Shown in pieces: positions 29,957 to 39,885 of a stretch of 64,000 bases of DNA (the stretch's first letter is position 1; each line of letters opens with the position of its first letter). Source of the DNA: Candidatus Bathyarchaeia archaeon (GTDB lineage Archaea; Thermoproteota; Bathyarchaeia; Bathyarchaeales; Bathycorpusculaceae). A program made the translations under genes and the position numbers. The DNA lies in assembly GCA_038882975.1 (NCBI GenBank), contig JAVZNE010000001.1, forward strand, positions 288,001 through 352,000. The letters are read 5' to 3'. The notes beneath the pieces were generated by a model that had not been told where the DNA came from, searched no databases, and saw nothing but the letters and a program-made list of their open reading frames with translations.

Positions 29957-30100
29957 GCCTTAGGATGTTGAATGCTTCAAAGATAAACCTTCGTCAAAAT
30001 TAAAAGTTTCTATCATCCGGCGCTAGTTCAAGGTGTTAAAGTTCAGCAACCGATAAATATGGCGTAGGCATTACACCCATTTTGTTAAGGAGATGAGGAC

Positions 30101-30265
30101 TTGCCTCAAAGGGTTGTATGCCACCAGTGTGGCTACGTCTTATATGAGGGAAGCGAACTTAAGCCTCCGGACGAGATTTTACACAAACATAATGGAAAAT
30201 GCCCCCAATGCGGCAGAAAACTCGCCATTATACCATTAAACGTTGAAGTAAAACCCATAAAATAA
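30101..30265 (+). CDS. 54-aa zinc-ribbon microprotein missing from the ORF track
   Basis: TTG after AGGAGATGAGG; MPQRVVCHQCG...GKCPQCGRKL; stop TAA at 30263-30265. Confidence 0.75.
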   Translation: MPQRVVCHQCGYVLYEGSELKPPDEILHKHNGKCPQCGRKLAIIPLNVEVKPIK

Positions 30266-30292
30266 CACCGTCCATTTAAGGAGGACCCAAAA

Positions 30293-31426
30293 GTGCGGAA
30301 AACACAGCTCTACGAAATACATAAGAAAACAGCGAAAATGACCGAGTTCGCCGAATTCGAAATGCCCCTATGGTATAAGGGGATAACGGAAGAGCATTTA
30401 TCAGTGCGAAATAGCGTTGGCGTTTTCGATGTTTCTCACATGGGGAGGGTGATTATAACCGGAAAGGATGCCGTAAGTTTCCTAAATTATGTTATAACCA
30501 ACGACGTGACAGCGTTAACGCCAAACAGCGCCCTCTATTCAGTTATGTGCAACGAAAACGGCGGAATAATCGACGACTTCGTGGTAAGCCGCATCGAAGA
30601 GGAAAAGTTTCTGCTGGTCCCAAACGCCACAAACAGAGAAAAAGACTTCAACTGGCTAATTAAAAACGCTGAAGGATTCAACGTTAAAATCGAAGACGTT
30701 TCAGACAAAGCGGCAATGTTCGCCGTTCAAGGACCAAACGCTGAAAAAACCCTACAGAAAATCTGCACAGCAGATTTAAGCAAAATTGAAAGATTCAAAT
30801 GCACAACAGCCAAGTTAGCAGGTGCAGATGTCTTCCTATCTAGGACTGGTTACACGGGCGAGGACGGCTTTGAAGTTTATGTGTGGAACGCGCCACTAGA
30901 TAAGCCAGAAAACGCCGTAAAAGTGTGGAACGCCATTCTAGAGGCTGGTAAACCCTTCGGAATAGAACCTTGTGGCTTAGGTGCAAGAGACACGTTAAGG
31001 CTTGAAGCTGGACTATGCCTATACGGAAATGACATAAACGAAAACACGACGCCATTAGAGGCTAGACTAGGCTTCGTGGTAAAATTCCAAAAAGACAACT
31101 TCATAGGAAAAAACGCCCTTTTAAAACAAAAAGAAGAAGGAGTTAAGCAAAGACGAGTCGGACTGCAAATGATTGGACAAGGCATACCAAGAAGAGGCTT
31201 CAAAATATACAACGAAAAAGGCGAAAACATAGGACAAGTAACCAGCGGAACCTTCTCGCCGCTGCTCAAATGCGGCATAGCAATGGCCTACATACAGACA
31301 CAACAAGCCCAAGAAGGGAGCATTGTGAACATTGAAATCCGCGGAAAAATAGCAGAGGCAAAGATTGTTCCATTCCCCTTCTACGATGCTGAAAAATATG
31401 GATACAAGAGAAAGATAACCACATAA
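30293..31426 (+). CDS. gcvT: glycine cleavage aminomethyltransferase T
   Basis: FDVSHMG, SRTGYTGEDGFE, GLGARDTLRLEAG. Confidence 0.96.
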   Translation: MRKTQLYEIHKKTAKMTEFAEFEMPLWYKGITEEHLSVRNSVGVFDVSHMGRVIITGKDAVSFLNYVITNDVTALTPNSALYSVMCNENGGIIDDFVVSRIEEEKFLLVPNATNREKDFNWLIKNAEGFNVKIEDVSDKAAMFAVQGPNAEKTLQKICTADLSKIERFKCTTAKLAGADVFLSRTGYTGEDGFEVYVWNAPLDKPENAVKVWNAILEAGKPFGIEPCGLGARDTLRLEAGLCLYGNDINENTTPLEARLGFVVKFQKDNFIGKNALLKQKEEGVKQRRVGLQMIGQGIPRRGFKIYNEKGENIGQVTSGTFSPLLKCGIAMAYIQTQQAQEGSIVNIEIRGKIAEAKIVPFPFYDAEKYGYKRKITT

Positions 31427-31495
31427 AACTATTTAACCAACCGTAAGGAAAATAAAACACCTTCATAACCTTTATTGAAGAGCTGGAGCTTGCAA

Positions 31496-33805
31496 ATGGA
31501 AACAAAAAGTCTATCAAAAAAGGAAAAAATAACCAATGCCATCAAAAGTCTTGGAAAACTCCGTCCAAAAATAGACCACACATCAATAATGACCATGGCG
31601 GCTTTAACGCTTATACTTTTTATAGCCTTTACAATACGACTTTTTCCAATACGATGGGAAATAGACCCAACGACCGGCAAATCAAACCTTCTACTATCAG
31701 AGTTTGACCCATACTTCCAATACCGTTTCACAGAAAAAATAGTTAAAGATGGCTTTATCTCATGGGCTATAGAAAACGGAGGAGTGGGATGGATTGACCG
31801 GCAAAGATGGTATCCTCAAGGTTTCTATGTAGCTAAGTCCGCTTTTCCAGGGCTTCCAATGACCGCAGCCTTCCTCTACAAAATAGTTTCAATGCTCGGT
31901 GTAGGCATAGACCTCATGAGCTTCTGCGCCCTATTTCCAGCCATTATGGGAGCACTGGCATGTCTCGCCTTGTACTTCCTTGGAAAGGACATGGGCGGCA
32001 AACCAGTAGGCCTATTGGCCGCACTTTTCTTGGCCCTAGAACCATCTTATATTCAACGGACATCGGTGGGCTTCTTCGACGACGAAACCGTTGGGATACT
32101 AGCTTTCATACTTTTCATTTTCCTATTTCTAAGGGCAATCGATGAAGACAGACCAATAAGCTCAACAGTTAAGTACGCACTAGCCTCAGGATGCACTCTT
32201 GGATACTTCTGCGCCAGCTGGGGTGCTGCATACTATCCAATAGGTCTCACAGCCCTCTTCACCCTCATATTGTTGTTGACCAGGAGGTATACCCGTCACC
32301 TTTTTTTGGCTTACAGCATAACCTTTGGGTTAGGACTATTCATAGCCATAAACGTTCCATACCTCTCGCCAACCTATCTCTTGACAAGTGCCGTATTATT
32401 AGTGGCTGGTGTTTTTGGCCTGCTCTTCCTCGCAGAGCTTTTAGAAGCAGTGACAAGGCGGAAATGGAAGGTATTTGTGGTGGTAGCTTTTATAGCCTTA
32501 ATAATTGGAGTTTTTGCTGTTCTTTCGCTGGCAGGTTACATGCGGGGTATAACGGGAAAGTTTCTGTACGTTATAAACCCATTTGAACGTGAAACATCTC
32601 CTCTTTACGAGTCTGTGGCTGAACATAGGGTATCAGCGTGGGGCTCAATATATTATGAATTTGGCGTTATGATAATCTTCTTCATCATTGGGTTATTCTT
32701 CATTCTAGGAAACTTGAACAATAGAAACCTATTCCTACTTGTTTTCGGTTTGACATCTCTCTATTTTGCATGTTCAATGGTGCGGCTATTCGTGCTTATG
32801 GCTCCAGCCTTCAGTCTTTTGGCTGCTGTAGGGATAAGCGGGCTTCTGAAGCCTTTTGTAACATTGCTGAAAGAGCCGCCGCGGATAAGTGTCAAGAGGA
32901 AGTTTGGGCTGGAGCGTGTTGGAAGGGAATTCAGCGGCATGGCAGTATTCCTAATATTCTTGATGTTAATGGTGAACTTGGCTTTTCCAATGCCTAGAGT
33001 TTATACACAAGCTTACACGCCAACTACAATATCTGGGGGAAGCCTATCAGTATCGCCGCAGTACTTAAGTACACCAGTGAAGGAGTGGGTTGACATGTTA
33101 TATTGGATGAGAACAAGGCTAAGTCCAGATACTGTTGTGTGCAGCTGGTGGGATTATGGATATTGGATGACTGTTTTAGGGAATGTTACATCGCTTGCGG
33201 ATAACGCCACATTAAATGGAACACAGATACAAAACATTGGCTTCATATTTATGGCTAATGAGACGCAAGCAATGAGAATGTTAAAGCTTTACAATGCATC
33301 CTATATTCTTGTTTTCACAACCATTCGCGCTGACTCGGGTGAGTGGGTAAATGCTGGCGGCGATGAGGGCAAATGGGTTTGGATGGCAGCCATATCCGGA
33401 AAGGCACGTGAACGCTTCATAAACAATGGCTTCATTTCAGCAAATGAAATGTGGAACGAGAAACTTGACGATGTTAGAACAATGTTTGGAAATCTGACTC
33501 TTGGGACATATTGGCGAGATAGCAACGAAAATGGGTACTATGACAGTGGCGATTCCACATTCCCGTCACCTAGAGGAAATAATACAACAATTTACAAGTT
33601 AATGCGTTATGCGGTTGAAGCTTGGAAGCAAAAGCATGGTAAAGGTGGCTCGACGATTGAGTTGCTCTACTTTACACCAGAATACATCGCTGGACTAGAT
33701 TTAAATCCGGAAATCGCTAAAAATAGCTATGGCGGCGTTGTTCCGCTTGTTTGCCTCTATAAAATTAACTGGGAAAAATATTATAGCGAACATCCAAGCG
33801 GGTAA
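31496..33805 (+). CDS. aglB: oligosaccharyltransferase AglB (STT3)
   Basis: EFDPY, GFFDDE, SVAEH, WWDYG, DNAT, DEGKWVWM; many TM helices. Confidence 0.95.
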   Translation: METKSLSKKEKITNAIKSLGKLRPKIDHTSIMTMAALTLILFIAFTIRLFPIRWEIDPTTGKSNLLLSEFDPYFQYRFTEKIVKDGFISWAIENGGVGWIDRQRWYPQGFYVAKSAFPGLPMTAAFLYKIVSMLGVGIDLMSFCALFPAIMGALACLALYFLGKDMGGKPVGLLAALFLALEPSYIQRTSVGFFDDETVGILAFILFIFLFLRAIDEDRPISSTVKYALASGCTLGYFCASWGAAYYPIGLTALFTLILLLTRRYTRHLFLAYSITFGLGLFIAINVPYLSPTYLLTSAVLLVAGVFGLLFLAELLEAVTRRKWKVFVVVAFIALIIGVFAVLSLAGYMRGITGKFLYVINPFERETSPLYESVAEHRVSAWGSIYYEFGVMIIFFIIGLFFILGNLNNRNLFLLVFGLTSLYFACSMVRLFVLMAPAFSLLAAVGISGLLKPFVTLLKEPPRISVKRKFGLERVGREFSGMAVFLIFLMLMVNLAFPMPRVYTQAYTPTTISGGSLSVSPQYLSTPVKEWVDMLYWMRTRLSPDTVVCSWWDYGYWMTVLGNVTSLADNATLNGTQIQNIGFIFMANETQAMRMLKLYNASYILVFTTIRADSGEWVNAGGDEGKWVWMAAISGKARERFINNGFISANEMWNEKLDDVRTMFGNLTLGTYWRDSNENGYYDSGDSTFPSPRGNNTTIYKLMRYAVEAWKQKHGKGGSTIELLYFTPEYIAGLDLNPEIAKNSYGGVVPLVCLYKINWEKYYSEHPSG

Positions 33806-33817
33806 GGGAGAAAGCGT

Positions 33818-34684
33818 TTGTTTCCAAAGGTTCCGGATCAGCATAAGCCGGGCAAGCCACTGGTTCCAACTGGTTTAGGCGTCATATATGTCGTTGTGAG
33901 TGCGGCTTATCTTTTCTTTTTGCATGCCTTTGGATTTGATGTTGGTAATGTTTCTCCGGCTCTGACTTTGGCTGTTTGCATATTGTTTGGCGGTTTTATG
34001 GGTTTGCTTGACGATTGGATGGACTTACGATGGCGTTACAAGGCTTTCTTTCCACTGGTGGCAGCTGTTCCATTGATGGCTTTGGCTTACAGGATGGGTA
34101 TTGCCCGAACGGCTATTACGCTTCCATGGTTAGGAACCGTCAATTTTGGCGCATATTATTTCTTTATTTTGATTCCGCTGATTGTAACGGTGGTCACCAA
34201 CACTGTTAACCAGTTAGGTGGGCTGAACGGTTTGGAAACCGTTTGCCCCGCCATTGTTTTGATTGGACTTATGACTGCTTCTGGAAAAAACGCTGTTTTG
34301 TTAACGCTTCCTTTGGCTGTTTGGCTTGTGCTTGCCTTTTTCAATTTTCGAGGGAAAATTTTTGTTGGTAATACTGGCTCGTTTGCTATTGGAATTACTT
34401 TAGCTGCTTTTGCAATAATTTCAGATGTCAAATGGTGCTTACTGATTTCGCTTATACCCTACATAATCAATTCTTCCATGATTTTATTGAACTACTTCTT
34501 TTTCCGAACTAAAGCGAATGTCTCTTTCGATGGAAAGAGGCTCCACTCAGACCATAGGAGAAGCCTAATAACGCTCATTACTTATAAGCGGCCTATGACT
34601 GAGCGGCAAGTAGTTGCCGTTATAGCCTTTTTAGTTGCAGTTTCAACTTTTGCAGCTGTTGTTGCTCAACTCCTTTTGTTTTAG
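33818..34684 (+). CDS. aglH: UDP-GlcNAc:dolichol-P GlcNAc-1-P transferase (AglH/Alg7, MraY family)
   Basis: DQHK, GLLDD, NTVNQLGGLNGLE, KIFVGNTG; follows aglB. Confidence 0.82.
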   Translation: MFPKVPDQHKPGKPLVPTGLGVIYVVVSAAYLFFLHAFGFDVGNVSPALTLAVCILFGGFMGLLDDWMDLRWRYKAFFPLVAAVPLMALAYRMGIARTAITLPWLGTVNFGAYYFFILIPLIVTVVTNTVNQLGGLNGLETVCPAIVLIGLMTASGKNAVLLTLPLAVWLVLAFFNFRGKIFVGNTGSFAIGITLAAFAIISDVKWCLLISLIPYIINSSMILLNYFFFRTKANVSFDGKRLHSDHRRSLITLITYKRPMTERQVVAVIAFLVAVSTFAAVVAQLLLF

Positions 34685-34844
34685 GGCTGTATGTAACAAA
34701 ACACTACACACAAAAGGCAAAAATTGGTTGAAGGCGAGGCTTAATCACGGAGGTTGTTAAGGAAAAGCCGAATTCGGCGTATAGGCTTAATGTGAGGAAT
34801 CAGCTATTTGCCCCACACTTCATGTTCCAAATGTTTCGGTTAAA

Positions 34845-35288
34845 GTGGATGTTACGAGTATTGTAGGGGTTAAGCTGGACATTAAAGGTGGGGCTGGGAC
34901 AGTTAATTTTGATGTTAAGGCAAGGCTTGAAGAGAGGGAAAGGCGAAGTCAAATGGTTGTTGTTGGCTTTAACCTCCAACTGACAACGAAACCTAGCATT
35001 GTTAAATTTGAGGTTGAAGGAACTGCAACGCTTACAGGGAAGGATACGGAGATAAACAAGATGCTGGAGGTTGACCCTGAAACAAAGGTGCCCTATGTTT
35101 TTCAGAAGGTTTATCAACACACTTTTACAACCATGTATTTGCTCTCAACTATTCTGAATACGCCTCCGCCACCAATAGACCTCCTCCTTTTCAGAGGGGA
35201 AGAAGCGTCAGCTGGGGGAGTTGCCATTGAGCCTGAAGCAGCCGTAAAAGTTGAGGGAGAGGCTGAAGAAGCGGAAAAAGAGGGCTGA
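34845..35288 (+). CDS. hypothetical protein, possibly SecB-like fold; start uncertain
   Basis: Alternating beta pattern, a helix, PPP and an acidic tail; frame open upstream to about 34791. Confidence 0.55.
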   Translation: MDVTSIVGVKLDIKGGAGTVNFDVKARLEERERRSQMVVVGFNLQLTTKPSIVKFEVEGTATLTGKDTEINKMLEVDPETKVPYVFQKVYQHTFTTMYLLSTILNTPPPPIDLLLFRGEEASAGGVAIEPEAAVKVEGEAEEAEKEG

Positions 35289-35299
35289 CAAAATAACAC

Positions 35300-35306
35300 T
35301 TTTATA
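35300..35306 (+). promoter_or_regulatory. putative TATA box of the queT transcript
   Basis: TTTTATA about 25 nt upstream of the GC-rich leader. Confidence 0.55.
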
Positions 35307-35331
35307 GTTGCTTTGTTGTTATGCTGTTTGT

Positions 35332-35391
35332 TGGCGGGTGAGTGGGACCTCCCACCCGTTCCGCCATATAAACCCCGGTGTAGGGAGGTGA
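35332..35391 (+). ncRNA. structured cis-regulatory leader, candidate translational riboswitch
   Basis: TGGCGG/CCGCCA and GTGGG/CCCAC stems; ACCTCCC complementary to GGGAGGT in the SD. Confidence 0.5.
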
Positions 35392-35395
35392 AAAA

Positions 35396-35899
35396 TTGAA
35401 ATTTGATAGTAAAGATTTGGCTTTGACGGTGGTTTTTGCGGCTTTGTATGCTGCTGGAGTGATTTTTCTGGCGCCCATAAGCTTTGGGATATATCAGGTG
35501 AGGGTTGCTGATGCGCTTTTGCCCTTGTCGGTGGTTTTCGGTATGCCAGTTGCCCTCGGAACAGGGGTAGGATGTTTGGTTGCCAACGTTTACGGTGGAC
35601 TGGGCATAATTGATGTTGTTGGCGGCAGTGTTGCAAATTTTGTTGCATGCGTTTTGGCTTGGCTTATCGGTGGAGAGAGTATTGTACGTAGACTCGTGGC
35701 GTGTTTCGTGGAGACCGTCACAATAACGATTATTGTTGGAGGATACTTGGCGCTTATATTCAATGTTCCAGTGGAGGTTGGATTGTTTGGCATTTTCATA
35801 GGCTCTATTGTAGCGATTAATATCCTCGGATTTGCGATTCTAGAGGCTTTAAATCGGAGCCGCATAGGCAAAAGATATGCGAGAAGCGGTGGAAACTAA
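35396..35899 (+). CDS. queT: QueT-family transporter (ECF S-component-like)
   Basis: AALYAA...APISFGIYQVRVADAL...GCLVAN...DVVGG signature. Confidence 0.85.
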   Translation: MKFDSKDLALTVVFAALYAAGVIFLAPISFGIYQVRVADALLPLSVVFGMPVALGTGVGCLVANVYGGLGIIDVVGGSVANFVACVLAWLIGGESIVRRLVACFVETVTITIIVGGYLALIFNVPVEVGLFGIFIGSIVAINILGFAILEALNRSRIGKRYARSGGN

Positions 35900-35904
35900 A
35901 AAAT

Positions 35905-38589
35905 TCACATGAAACGTTCCAGCTTTGTCAACCCTATTATTTCGTCGAAGTCTAAGCCTAATGCGTCTAAAACTTGGTCGAAGGTTGAGTGCAGATAAGC
36001 CACATATTTGTCCACATCTATCTCATTTTTCGTTGCTAGTTCCACTGGTTTTACGTGAGGCTCGTTCACCACCTTTACAAAGCTTATTAGGTCTCCGGCT
36101 TTGAGTTCCATTCCACTTTCTTTTAGGATTCTTGCGGCTTTCACGTGTTGTGGCGTTGTCTTTGTGTAGCGTTCTGGTTCTTCGCCTAAAACCACGTTGA
36201 AGGCTAGTTCGTTTAGGCTTTCCCATTCACGTCTTTTTAGGCGTATGTAACAGTCGCGGATTGTTTGGATAATATCTTTTTTGGCTGCTTCGAAGTCTGC
36301 TGGCGTTTTCACTGTGGCTAGGCGTTCTTTCATTTTGTCAAAAGCTTTCTTGATGAATATGGGGATGTGGCGTTTCTTGCCCGTCAAACCCTTAACGTCT
36401 ACACTTCCGTCTTCCAGTACACCCAGATAGTTCTTTTTGCGGGAGCTGAAGACTGCGTAGCGGTAAACCTTGTCCACGTCTAAGCCCATTTTAAGCTCGC
36501 GTTCAGTCCATTCTTCTAGTTCGTGTATTTGCTCTTTTGATGGGTTTTTTAGGAAGACGCTGTCTGTGTCGCCGTAAAGCACTTGTATGCCCAGCTCATC
36601 AGCCCTCTTAATTATTTGGGTTATGGCGTGCCTCCCTATGGCTGCTGTGGCTTCAGCCACTGGGGGGCAGTAGAGGTCGAAGGTTTCCGCTCCAAAAACG
36701 CCGTAGCTGGCGTTTAAAATAACTTTTAATGCGCCTTGAATAATATTGTACCAGCTTCTAACTTCTGGTGGCAGAGCCTTATCCTTAGATTTTGGCTTGT
36801 ACCATTGGACCCGCAAGTCCCTAAGGGAGCCTATTAGGAGGCTTTCTAGGGTGCGTTTTTTGCGGCAGACCCAGTGGGGCGTGTCCGGCACAAGGTTTGT
36901 TTGGCACTCTGGATGCCCACACAAGATGGACTGGTAGCCCAGGTTCCAAACTTTTATTATTGATGGGTATAGGCTTGGGAAGTCCATTACTGCGACGTTG
37001 AAGTGGACGCCTGGCACTGGTTCGACTACTATGGCGCCCTTGTATTTTTTACCCTTTATTATGGCTTTTGTGGCTGTCTTGCCCTTTAGGGCTAGTATGT
37101 CTTCAGCGTTTGGGATGAGCATTTTTTTTCTGCGGTGTTCGCGGTGCATGAAATTTCTTATCCAGCGGGATACGCCTTGTCGGCTTACATCCTCCATTGG
37201 CATGCTGCTTATCCTAGCCAAAACGAGAATCAACTTTAAGACCAGCTCGTCTTCGAAGCTTGTGAGTTTGTAGGTGATTTCGGCGTCTCTGAAGCAGTAT
37301 TTTGCAAGTTCCGTGTATGTTAGTTCGCCTATTCCCTTTTCAAGCGTTATCTTGTCCAAGCCCACAAGTGCCCTTCCAACGTCGCCTAAAGTTACGTCTC
37401 GGTAGCGGTTGTTGAAGGCGTAAATTTGTATGGAGCGGTTGAAGAAGAACTTGTAAAGGTCTATGTGAACACCATACTTTAGGAGGCAAACCCGTTTGCC
37501 AATCTCTATTGGGATTTCATCCCTCTTAAAGCCGTGGTTTTCTGCTCTATGCGCTAAATATCGTAGGTCGAAGTCGTCGCCATTGAAGGTTATCACAAAT
37601 GGGTAGTTCCACAAAACCTCAAAAACAGCCCTTATCAGCTTCTCTTCAGAATCGAAATATTCTATTTGAACGTCTGCTGGTAAACGTTCCGAGCCCTCGC
37701 GAACCCCTTCCCTTTTTAGGAGGAGAACCCGCTTTTGCCCATCTGAACTGTATAGGGAGACACAGACTATCGGGTAGGCTGCCTCGCGGGGGTCTGGCAT
37801 CCGGGTTGGTATGGGCGAGTAAACCTCAATGTCCATGGCGACATAACGGAACTTTGGAGCCGGATACTCCAGAAGCCTAGCCCACTGCTCGATGTATTGA
37901 CGTTCTTCAGCGGCAGCCCCCTTAAAAGTGCTAACTATTTGCTGAATCGTTTTCTCCGCCTCTTCTAGGCGTTTTGACACAAGATTGCCATTCTTAACCT
38001 CGTAAACCATACCGGGCAAAAGTCCACGATCATAAATGTAGGATTGGTAGTACTTTATCTTGGACTCCCAAACTTTGATGGATTCTACAGAAACTGGAAC
38101 ATCTGCAACCTTTGGAAAGTCCTCTGGAATAATATCCCTTATGCAGCCTTTTGGGCGTCCCCCAATAGCCAGCGGGTCCTTAGCCACAATCTTTGTCACT
38201 TTGACCGGCTTATCCAAAAGGGGGTCAAACTTCTCCTCGATTTCAAAGTGATCGAAGCCCGGATGCTTCATTAATCGGTCGATTTTTTCAAGCTCGAATG
38301 GCGAAAGGTTTGTGTAGCAGTAGGGCTTATGACCAGTGTTATCATACCAGAAGTAGATTCGCCCAGAAACCGGCTCGTAAAGCTTTAGGAGGGCTTTTCC
38401 AGCTTTGCCATCATAAGTGGCTGAAACAAAATATGAGGGGGGAAGGTTTTCAGGCGCTGTTGGCGGAAAACCCCTCTGTTTTCGCTCTTTTTCTATGGAT
38501 TCTGTGAAGGGTAGGGCTTCCGCTTTTGGTTCTTGGGGCTTAGCCACCGGTATTGAAAACTCGTCTAATCGCCTTTGAGCCATAACCAC
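35905..38589 (-). CDS. polB: family B DNA polymerase (B1-type), no intein
   Basis: MDIEV, FNGDDFD, DFPSLYPS, KVILNASYG, YGDTDS, KKNY; PIP-like QRRLDEF at the N-terminus. Confidence 0.95.
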   Translation of the reverse strand: MVMAQRRLDEFSIPVAKPQEPKAEALPFTESIEKERKQRGFPPTAPENLPPSYFVSATYDGKAGKALLKLYEPVSGRIYFWYDNTGHKPYCYTNLSPFELEKIDRLMKHPGFDHFEIEEKFDPLLDKPVKVTKIVAKDPLAIGGRPKGCIRDIIPEDFPKVADVPVSVESIKVWESKIKYYQSYIYDRGLLPGMVYEVKNGNLVSKRLEEAEKTIQQIVSTFKGAAAEERQYIEQWARLLEYPAPKFRYVAMDIEVYSPIPTRMPDPREAAYPIVCVSLYSSDGQKRVLLLKREGVREGSERLPADVQIEYFDSEEKLIRAVFEVLWNYPFVITFNGDDFDLRYLAHRAENHGFKRDEIPIEIGKRVCLLKYGVHIDLYKFFFNRSIQIYAFNNRYRDVTLGDVGRALVGLDKITLEKGIGELTYTELAKYCFRDAEITYKLTSFEDELVLKLILVLARISSMPMEDVSRQGVSRWIRNFMHREHRRKKMLIPNAEDILALKGKTATKAIIKGKKYKGAIVVEPVPGVHFNVAVMDFPSLYPSIIKVWNLGYQSILCGHPECQTNLVPDTPHWVCRKKRTLESLLIGSLRDLRVQWYKPKSKDKALPPEVRSWYNIIQGALKVILNASYGVFGAETFDLYCPPVAEATAAIGRHAITQIIKRADELGIQVLYGDTDSVFLKNPSKEQIHELEEWTERELKMGLDVDKVYRYAVFSSRKKNYLGVLEDGSVDVKGLTGKKRHIPIFIKKAFDKMKERLATVKTPADFEAAKKDIIQTIRDCYIRLKRREWESLNELAFNVVLGEEPERYTKTTPQHVKAARILKESGMELKAGDLISFVKVVNEPHVKPVELATKNEIDVDKYVAYLHSTFDQVLDALGLDFDEIIGLTKLERFM

Positions 38590-38643
38590 TCTTAACCTAA
38601 CCTAAATATCACCGGCAACAGACTAAAAACCTTACTAGCCCCT

Positions 38644-39885
38644 TCAGCAGTGTATATTGCGCTCTTCGCTTTCGATTTTTGTAATGAATTGCTTCAACGT
38701 CATCATACCTATGTGCCCAAAACCATGTCTTCTGACAGAAACCTTTTTGGCTTTTAATTCACGTTTACCGAGGATTATCATGTAAGGGATTTTCTGAACT
38801 TCAGCTTCCCTAATCTTATAATTGATTGTTGACTGACTTTCTTCAATTTCCGACCTAACTCCATTTGACTCAAGTTTTTCATGGATTTTCTTAGCGTATG
38901 ACAAGTATTTGTCTCCCATGGGTAATATTCGCACTTGCACTGGTGAAAGCCAAAGCGGAAGATTGCCCTTAAAATGTTCGAGAAGTAGGGCGAAGAATCT
39001 TTCTATTGTCCCGAGGAGGGCTCTATGAATCATGATTGCCCCGTGTTTCTTTCCATCTGGACCCACATATGTTACATTGAAGCGTTTTGGAAGGTTAAAG
39101 TCAAACTGAATTGTTGAGCATTGCCACTTTCTTCCAGAGGCATCCTCTATGTAAAGGTCGATTTTCGGACCGTAGAAAACGGCTTCTCCGGGCATCTCTC
39201 TGTACCTCAGTCCTTTCCTTTTTAGGGCTTTTGCTAATGCTTTTTGAGCTTGGCTCCAGTCTTCATCAGAACCCATGTATTTTTCAGGCTGGCTTTCATC
39301 TCTGGTTGATAGAACCACCTCGTATTTGTGGAAGCCGAAACGTTTGAGGATGTGCTCTGTAAAGTCTAAGAGTTTTAGGATTTCATCTTCCATTTGTTCT
39401 GGTGTGCAGAAAATGTGGGCGTCGTCCTGTGTTAACCCTCTAACCCGCAATAGCCCATGCAGTGTGCCGGATCGTTCATATCTATAGACGGTACCCCATT
39501 CCGCGTATTTTATTGGCAGTTCTTTGTAGCTTCTGGGTTTTGCCTTATATATTTGTATGGGGAAGGGGCAATTCATGGGTTTTACAACATAGAGTTCGCC
39601 TTCCTTCTCGAAGGTATACATGTTTTCCATGTAGTAATCCAGGTGCCCAGAAATTTTCCAAAGCTCTCCTCTTGCAATATGAGGGGTACAGACAAGCTCA
39701 TAGCCGCCTTTAATGTGTTCTTCTTCCCAAAAATTTCTGATTATCCTTCGAACGGTTGTGCCTTTTGGGTGCCAAAGCACTAGTCCTACGCCAACATCTT
39801 CATTTATGGAGAACATATCCAAACGTTGACCAAGAACTCTGTGGTCTGTGTCCGACAGGTCCTTTATTTGCACCTTGTCTTTCAA
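38644..39885 (-). CDS. thrS: threonyl-tRNA synthetase, catalytic and anticodon domains only
   Basis: DHRVLG, KPMNCP, YRYE, QDDAHIF, FYGPKID, MIHRA; no N-terminal editing domain. Confidence 0.9.
   Translation of the reverse strand: MKDKVQIKDLSDTDHRVLGQRLDMFSINEDVGVGLVLWHPKGTTVRRIIRNFWEEEHIKGGYELVCTPHIARGELWKISGHLDYYMENMYTFEKEGELYVVKPMNCPFPIQIYKAKPRSYKELPIKYAEWGTVYRYERSGTLHGLLRVRGLTQDDAHIFCTPEQMEDEILKLLDFTEHILKRFGFHKYEVVLSTRDESQPEKYMGSDEDWSQAQKALAKALKRKGLRYREMPGEAVFYGPKIDLYIEDASGRKWQCSTIQFDFNLPKRFNVTYVGPDGKKHGAIMIHRALLGTIERFFALLLEHFKGNLPLWLSPVQVRILPMGDKYLSYAKKIHEKLESNGVRSEIEESQSTINYKIREAEVQKIPYMIILGKRELKAKKVSVRRHGFGHIGMMTLKQFITKIESEERNIHC

Noticed and set aside
34767-34778. Palindrome GCCGAATTCGGC
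   Set aside because: Single 12-bp palindrome with no second copy or clear promoter context; could be chance.
35905-38589. Possible inteins in PolB (also checked aIF5B and TopA)
   Set aside because: Lengths and motif spacing are normal; no intein signatures.
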